A stretch of 64,000 nucleotides of DNA. It comes from a virus. The stretch is taken from the IMG/VR virus record IMGVR_UViG_3300011116_001125, positions 1 through 64,000 of that record, one strand, 5' to 3'. Position 1 is the stretch's first letter. Every line of letters starts with the position of its first letter. Under the pieces are notes generated by a model. The model was not told where the DNA came from. It worked only from the letters and a program-made list of their open reading frames with translations, and made no database searches. Below, piece by piece: positions 57,071-64,000 of the stretch. Made by a program: the position numbers and the translations under genes.

Positions 57071-57518
57071 GACTTCTCGTTCTACGGGCACCCGTGCCGC
57101 CACTTCACGTGTCACTACGTGGAAACCCCCGTCCTCTTTGGACGCACCTCCCCCGCCGGAGGGTTATGTACACCGTTGGATTCGTGTAGAATCGTCTGGT
57201 GTTGATGATCGGAAAAACCTATCCGCTAGACTTCGCGAAGGATTTGAACTCGTTCGCGCCGAGGAATACCCTGACTTTGAAGCACCTACAGTCCAGGATG
57301 GTCGCCATGCTGGAGTGATTGGTGTAGGGGGCTTGGTACTCGCTCGTATTCCTGTTGAAATTGTTGCCCAACGTCGGGCTTATTACAATAAGCAAACGAG
57401 CGAACAGCTCAGTGCTGTTGATAATGACTTGATGCGGGAACAACATCCTTCAATGCCGATTATTAAACCTGAACGGCAATCTCGAGTCACTTTTGGCGGA
57501 AATCGTTCCGCCGAATAA
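57060..57518 (+). CDS. Conserved head-module protein
   Basis: WKPPSSLDAPPPPEGYVHRWIR; GGAGAG SD. Confidence 0.65.
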   Translation: MIDKTSRSTGTRAATSRVTTWKPPSSLDAPPPPEGYVHRWIRVESSGVDDRKNLSARLREGFELVRAEEYPDFEAPTVQDGRHAGVIGVGGLVLARIPVEIVAQRRAYYNKQTSEQLSAVDNDLMREQHPSMPIIKPERQSRVTFGGNRSAE

Positions 57519-57534
57519 CCAAAGGATCTAAGCA

Positions 57535-58152
57535 ATGGCAAACATCAATGCCGCGTTCGGACTTCGTCCGTACAACATGCTTGGAAGCGGTGCTAACACC
57601 AACGGCGATTCTGTATTCGTTATTCAATCAGCGGATACGGCAGGTACGTCTAGCGCGATTTATAACGGCTCGCCCGTTATTCCGCTCGCTAACGGCTTGA
57701 TCGACATCGTCGGCGCAGCAGCGGGTGGTACAGTTCCGATTCTGGGCGTTTTCATTGGCTGCAATTACATTGACCTTACGGGTAAACCCCGTTGGTCGCC
57801 ATATTGGCCTGGAACTGCTTCGGTTAAGGCAAACACTGTTGCTACGGCAATGGTTGTTGCTAATCCGGATGCAGTATTCACGATCAATTGTGACGCAGCC
57901 GCAGCAGATAGCCTTATTCATGCTAACGCAAACTTCTCGACGGCAACGTCGGGCAGCACTACGTCGGGCCAGTCCTCGGCGCAGCTTGCAGTTAGCACAG
58001 CGAATACGACTAATACGCTGAATCTCCGCATCCTCGGTTTTGAAGACATTCCTAGCAGCAATGATGCTACTGTGGCAGGTCGCAACGCTATCGTGATGCT
58101 TAACAACCACTTCTACCGTTACTGTGCCAACGGCACAGGCGCGGGCGTGTAA
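57535..58152 (+). CDS. Capsid decoration/minor capsid protein
   Basis: MANINAAFGLRP...GVFIGCNY; directly upstream of MCP. Confidence 0.7.
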   Translation: MANINAAFGLRPYNMLGSGANTNGDSVFVIQSADTAGTSSAIYNGSPVIPLANGLIDIVGAAAGGTVPILGVFIGCNYIDLTGKPRWSPYWPGTASVKANTVATAMVVANPDAVFTINCDAAAADSLIHANANFSTATSGSTTSGQSSAQLAVSTANTTNTLNLRILGFEDIPSSNDATVAGRNAIVMLNNHFYRYCANGTGAGV

Positions 58153-58167
58153 GGGGAGCATTGAACA

Positions 58168-59076
58168 ATGGCTATTACTCGTTCCCAACTACTCAAAGAA
58201 CTTGAGCCCGGACTCAATTCTCTTTTTGGCATGGAGTATGATCGCTACGACAACGAGCACACTGAAATTTTCGATACCGAATCTTCAGACCGTGCTTTTG
58301 AAGAAGAAGTCATGCTTTCCGGCTTTGGTCAGGCTCCGGTCAAGGGCGAAGGTTCTGCCATCGCTTACGACACGGCAGGTGAAGCCTTCACAGCACGCTA
58401 CACCCATGAAACGATCGCACTTGCGTTCGCTATCACGGAAGAAGCTGTGGAAGACAACCTGTATGACAAGTTGTCAAGCCGCTACACCCGTGCGCTCGCA
58501 CGTTCGATGTCCAACACCAAGCAGGTCAAGGCCGCATCTGTTCTTAACAATGCGTTCTCGTCCTCTTATGTCGGCGGCGACGGCGTTTCGCTCATTAACT
58601 CTGCTCACCCGACAGTAGGTGGCGGTAACTGGTCAAACACGCTTGCAACGCAGGCTGACCTTAACGAAACTTCGCTCGAACAGGCTTTGATTGATATCGC
58701 AGCCTTCATCGACGAACGTGGCCTTAAGGTTGCTTTGCGCGGCATGAAGTTGATCATTCCGCCTGCCTTGCAGTTTACTGCAGAGCGTATTCTCAAGTCG
58801 GAACAGCGTGTTTCAACGGCGGATAACGACATCAACGCACTCAAGTCGGGCGGATACATGCCGCAGGGCTTTACGGTCAACCACTTCTTGACCGATCCGG
58901 ATGCGTGGTTCGTTAAAACCGATGCGCCTAACGGCATGAAACACTTTGTCCGTAGCCCAATTAAAACGGCTATGGAAGGCGAATTCGAAACAGGTAACGT
59001 GCGCTACAAGGCGCGTGAGCGTTATTCGTTCGGTTGGTCTGACCCGCGCGCCATGTATGGTTCGCAGGGCGCATAA
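58168..59076 (+). CDS. Major capsid protein, second allele
   Basis: Differs from 177-1085 at only a few residues (e.g. LNAL vs LNSL, NANH vs NSAH). Confidence 0.9.
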   Translation: MAITRSQLLKELEPGLNSLFGMEYDRYDNEHTEIFDTESSDRAFEEEVMLSGFGQAPVKGEGSAIAYDTAGEAFTARYTHETIALAFAITEEAVEDNLYDKLSSRYTRALARSMSNTKQVKAASVLNNAFSSSYVGGDGVSLINSAHPTVGGGNWSNTLATQADLNETSLEQALIDIAAFIDERGLKVALRGMKLIIPPALQFTAERILKSEQRVSTADNDINALKSGGYMPQGFTVNHFLTDPDAWFVKTDAPNGMKHFVRSPIKTAMEGEFETGNVRYKARERYSFGWSDPRAMYGSQGA

Positions 59077-62000
59077 TTACTGCTTTCGCAACGGCAGTAA
59101 AGGAAGAGCGGGCCTTGTGTCCGCTCTTTTTCTATTGTAACGTGCATTGTTCCTGACTGCTAAGGCAGACAACCCCAACGACAGGAGACTCACATGGGGA
59201 CGACAACTTTTTCCGGACCAATTAAAGCGGGTCCGATTAAATTCACCACAGGCACTACACTTGGTCAAGATGTTGCTGACGTAGGTAATGTGGTTCTTTC
59301 ACAGTCAAGCGCACTTACGCAGGCTAAGAATGGCAGCAACGCAACGGGTGTGTACAGCACGGATATTGTTATTCCGGCAGGCAGCACCATTACATCTATT
59401 CAAATTTTTGTAACGGCGGCGTGGTCGGGTGCAGCACAAACAATCAATGTGGGCACTGATTCAACTGCAACGCAGCTTGCTGTTGCCGCAGATAACGATC
59501 TTTCCACAACGCTTGGTTTGAAAACAATCGTTCCAGGAAGTGATGCAACACGTACAGGCAAGTGGATTACAGTTGGAACAAACGATGTTCGCATTTGGAC
59601 AAAGTCAACCAACACGGGCACTGGCGTAGGCGTGATGGTTGTTAACTACATCCAAAACGGCGCAATTAGCCCCTAATACCTAGGAGGCTAATATGGCCGA
59701 TGCGGTAACAACACAAACTATCTTCCAAGGCGATAAAACCCTTGTAATGAAGTTTACCAACATTTCAGATGGCACCGGAGAGTCCGGTGTCATCAAAGTA
59801 AACGTTGGTGCGCTTACTTCTTACCAAGGTATGCCGTGTACTGCTGTTCAAATTGACAAAGTCTATGCCATGACGCATGGTATGGAAGTTAGGCTTTATT
59901 GGGCAGCTACTACTCCGCAACTTATTATGACCATACCCGCTAATATTATGAATACCCAAAACTATGATGAGTTTGGTGGAATTGATAATAATGCAGGGGC
60001 AGGTAAAACAGGTAATATCACTTTTACAACTGCGGATGCTTCTTCAGGTGATATGTATACAATCATCTTAGTAATGCGTAAGCTGTATTAAAAGAGACGA
60101 TAATGACTCGACCCCCTTCCTCAGTAACTAGGACTGGCGCGTATGAGCCTTTTAACTTGCAGGTAGCGCGGGGCCAAATTCCGTGGCACCAAAGTATCGT
60201 TGTTTTTGGTTATAACCCAGACGTAGATACAAGTGTTGAAACTGTTTGGCCTTACGGGGGTATTCTTTCCTTTCCCGACAATGCTTTGCGGATGTCTGTT
60301 AGTTCAGATAATACTAACGACACAGCAGCAGGGACAGGCGCTAGAACCGTTTATATTCAAGGGCTGAACGCTAATCACGATACGATCAGCGAAACAGTTT
60401 CTTTAAATGGTCAGGCTGCCGTACTTACGGCAAACTCTTATCTACACATAAATCAAGCCTACGTTGCAACCGCTGGATCATTAAACAGCGCCGCAGGTAA
60501 TATTTACTTTGGAACAGACGCTTTAACTTTAGGCGTTCCAGCAACCGTTTATGATATTATTCAATACGACTATAACACCAGAGTTACTGGAAGTTATACT
60601 ATTCCATCCGGCTACACCGGATACTTAGAACAGGGCTTGTTTTCTTCTGGGCAGGCTGGCGGTTCTAACGCTGTGACCGGACGTCTTATGACACGCGGTA
60701 CGGATGATATTCGTAGGACAGCAGCGATTGTTACGATAAATAATGGTGCTGCTGACTATGCGTTTGAGTATCCCGTTGTTATACCAGAAAAAACAACTAT
60801 TGAGGCTCAAGCAATAGGTTCCTCTAACAACAATGCTTGCTCCAGTATGTTTATTCTTGTGCTCATAAAAAATGATGCGGGGACTGCGTGATGGCTAAGG
60901 GCATGGGCATAAAAACTTCGGTAAAATCAGGCAATTTCCGGCCCACAAAATCAGGTGCCGGAATGACTGAAAAGGGTGTAAAAGCCTTTCGTCGTGCCAA
61001 TCCTGGATCAAAGTTAAGCACCGCAGTTACAGAAAAAAGTCCTACCGGAAAGCGTGCAGCACGCAGAAAATCGTTCTGTGCGCGTTCCGCTGGGCAAATG
61101 AAAATGTTCCCTGAAGCTGCTAAAGACCCTAACAGCCGCCTCCGGCAAGCGCGTAAGCGTTGGAGGTGCAAATGATATTAGATCTGCAAATGCTTTGGAA
61201 TGTACTCTTAACACTCGTGTTGCTTCCACTTGCTTGGATACTTGTGTATTTGAACACACGTATTTCAGAAGCAGAGGAAAAGTCTTTGGCTACTTTTGAA
61301 CGTGTTTGGAAATCAATATCCGAACACCGTGAAGATATTCCAAAAACCTACGTTACTAAAACTGACCTATTAAATACTCATAATCAAATTATGGGCCGTT
61401 TTGATCGGTTAGAAGAAAAAATTGATCGCATTACTGGAGTAGGCAAATGAAAGTACGCGCTAAAAATTCCTTGCCTGTGCCACGCGGATCAAAAATGCGT
61501 ACGTCTCCTTTTGGCATGAAAAAAGGTGGCGCTTTGGGTAAAACCAAGAAACCTAAAGTTGGTATAGCAATTATGATTGCTGTCGGTAAGCCTAGAAAAG
61601 GAATGCGTAATGGCTAAGAAGGAAACCTCAATGGTTATGAAAAAACGTGGTGGTGGCATGGCTACCCGTGGTATGGGCGCGGCTTATAAAAAAGGCGGTC
61701 CAATTTTAGAATACGGTGGCAAGGAAAAATATTCTTCCCGTGCTTCAATGAAAAAGCATGAGGGTAAAGAGTCTATGAGCGCTGAGGCAGGCGAAAAGGC
61801 TATGCGCGGTGGCGGTATTGCTACCCGTGGAAAAGGTATTGCCCTTGCAGGAGGTGGCATGATGCCAAAGAAACCTGCGGTAAACCCATTTGGCCCCCGT
61901 GGTGGGCGTCCTGCTCCGAAAAAACTTTACATTGGTGGTTCTCGAAGGTTTGATGAAAACACTGGTTCTTATGGAAACGGTAGACCAGCAATCGATCCTT

Positions 62001-62379
62001 TACCTACCCGTAGAGCAAAAGGCGGGATGGCTAAAGGTCGTAAGGGCTGCAAGTAATGAAAAAAGAGGTTTGGGCCAAGCCACGTCCTAAAGGGTTGGGT
62101 AAGCCCAAGCCTCTTACTTCTAAGCAGAAAACTTCTGTTAAAAAAGCTGCTAAGGCTGCGGGGCGTCCTTATCCTAACCTTGTTGATAATATGCGTGCTG
62201 CGAGGAAAAAATGAAAAAGCCAACAAAAGCACAAGCTAAAATTCGTACTGTGCTACACGAGTTTAAGGTGGGCAAACTTCATTCGGGCAGCAAAAAAGGT
62301 CCAACTGTTAAAAACCGCCAACAGGCGATTGCTATAGCTCTTTCGCAAGCTGGTAAGTCGAAAGGCAGGAGTAAATAAA

Positions 62380-63246
62380 ATGGTAAGTCCTATGATGGGT
62401 TATGGTGGTGTGCAACCACAAAATGCTGTTAATCCTGCGCAACCATTGAATCAAGCGCAACCGCAGCAAGCTATGCCGCCTCAACAAGGGTATCCACAAA
62501 CGCAGCAAAGCGCGCAAGTTCAACAGGCATACCCGCAAACGCAACAAGGGTATCCGCAAACGCAGCAAAGCGCGCAAGTTCAGCAAGCCTATACGAAACC
62601 TGCTTACCCCGCTTCTGGAATAGCTAGTGCTATAGGTGCGCCCCTACCTCCAAATATGTTTGCTTCTCCACTCCCTCCACCTCCAAATATGGTTGCTTCT
62701 CCACTTCCTCCGCCTCCTTCTGGTGCGCAAACAACGTATCAAAACGTGCTAATGAGCCCTAAATTCCAAGGGTTACCGCCGGAAGACCAGCAAAGAGTCC
62801 TGTCTTCGATTCAAATATATGCGCAACAACCTATGCAAATGCAGCAGCCATCCCCTCTGACTCTGCCTCCGCCTCCGCCTCCTTCCTTAGACGCGGTGCG
62901 TTCTGATGCGCAAACCTCGTATCAAAAAATGCTAATGGACCCTAATTTCCAAGGGTTACCGCCGGAAGAGCAGCAAAAATTTCAATCTTCGTACCAACAG
63001 TATATGCAAAATTTGCCATCTGCCTACGCTCAAAATCAACAGCAGTATGCACAAATGATGGCGCAACAACCCATGCAAATGCAGCAGCCAAGCACATCAA
63101 ATCCTTCTGACATGGCAGCGTTACGAAGGGCACACCTTGATAATGCACGTCGTCAACAAGTAGGGATTGCAGGGCTAGGCATGGATCCTGATAGAATGCG
63201 TCGGTTAGCTAGTATCGCTAGCCTTGCAGGTGGAGTGCGCAGATGA
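62380..63246 (+). CDS. Gln/Pro-rich low-complexity protein, allele of 4387-5001
   Basis: Shared MMGYGGVQPQ start and IASLAGGVRR end; internal tandem repeats. Confidence 0.75.
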   Translation: MVSPMMGYGGVQPQNAVNPAQPLNQAQPQQAMPPQQGYPQTQQSAQVQQAYPQTQQGYPQTQQSAQVQQAYTKPAYPASGIASAIGAPLPPNMFASPLPPPPNMVASPLPPPPSGAQTTYQNVLMSPKFQGLPPEDQQRVLSSIQIYAQQPMQMQQPSPLTLPPPPPPSLDAVRSDAQTSYQKMLMDPNFQGLPPEEQQKFQSSYQQYMQNLPSAYAQNQQQYAQMMAQQPMQMQQPSTSNPSDMAALRRAHLDNARRQQVGIAGLGMDPDRMRRLASIASLAGGVRR

Positions 63247-64000
63247 AAAAAGCCGTAAAACGCCGTAAGTATGCAGATGGGGGCAATGTGCAGGATCCTG
63301 CTACGCCCCCTATCGGAACCACAGATCTTTCCGGTGCAGCAACACAAAGCCAAGCACAAACTTCTTCTGACACTGGTCCTGGTCCAGGACAAGTTTCTCC
63401 GTATTATTCGCCTTCTGATTATGGTACACCTACGGGAGCGATGGATACGCAGAAAAGAAATTTGTATACGCAAGACCGTATGACAGGCCAAGGTTCATCA
63501 ACTGAGGGCTATGCAAAAGGTGGCATGGTCAACAAACGGGGTAAAGTTCGTGGTTGTGGTGTGGCTAAACGTGGGCTCACAAAAGGCAAGGTGTACTGAA
63601 CATGCTTAAGCGTAAAAAGAAACCTATTTCTCCGCCACCACCTGAGTACGATACCCCTTCTGGTGAAGAGCAGTACAAGAAAACTCTGGAAGAAAACAGA
63701 AAGCAGCTGGGAGAACCTAAAACAGCTGACGAAGTTACTCCAGAAGAGGAAAAAACTTTACGTGAAACCATGCGTAAGCAGGTGGAAGAAAGCAACTATA
63801 AACGCGGCGGCATGGTCAAAAGCAAAGCCCGTGGTTGTGGCATTGCAGTGCGCGGTTTAACCAAAGGCAGGATGTATTGACATGACAAAAGGTTCTGCTT
63901 CACCTACAGGGTTAATGAATATTGGTATGTGGGAAGATTCCCCTGCTGATATTCGTGGTGATACCGCTATTAAAAAGCGTATGGGCAAGCAGGGCATGTC

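Larger units (their letters stand above)
57992..64000 (+). repeat. Copy B: diverged allelic copy of 1-5752
   Basis: Contains alleles at 58168, 59194, 59693, 60103, 60888, 61160, ~61610, 62380, 63243, 63602 and 63882 (partial). Confidence 0.97.

Noticed and set aside
1-64000. Integrated tandem prophage, or diversity-generating retroelement explaining the two alleles
   Set aside because: No integrase, att-flanked host DNA or reverse transcriptase; differences are not adenine-specific.
1-64000. tRNA/rRNA genes or alternative genetic code
   Set aside because: No cloverleaf recognised by eye; genes are intact and densely packed under the standard code with all three stops used.

Overview
The window holds one complete ~58 kb dsDNA tailed-phage genome (unit length 57,991 bp, probably podovirus-like; no integrase or host DNA recognised). 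It is followed by a diverged second copy of its first ~5.75 kb (57992-64000). Gene order: major capsid, small basic virion proteins, adaptor/tail genes, four large ejection proteins, GH108 endolysin, then SNF2 helicase (the only minus-strand gene). After a divergent promoter come SSB, primase, UvrD helicase and DUF932, a DNA-hypermodification operon, PolA and an HD nucleotidase. These are followed by promoter-rich accessory cassettes, an origin-like region, TerS, a nuclease, a compositionally odd probable genome end, TerL, portal, an M15-peptidase virion protein, holin, GroES, scaffold and decoration protein. The best candidate for a new system is a thymine-hypermodification operon: aGPT-Pplase1/HMUDK-helical protein, radical SAM-SPASM enzyme, GT-B glycosyltransferase, dUMP-hydroxymethylase-like TS, Nmad1-like protein, PolA and HD. 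A matching genome-wide signature supports it. C-initial restriction palindromes (CCGG, CCWGG, CTGCAG, CCATGG) survive almost only when overlapped by a 5'-TC step, and TC steps are strongly concentrated near the putative genome end. All assignments are by motif recognition, and all counts were made by eye.
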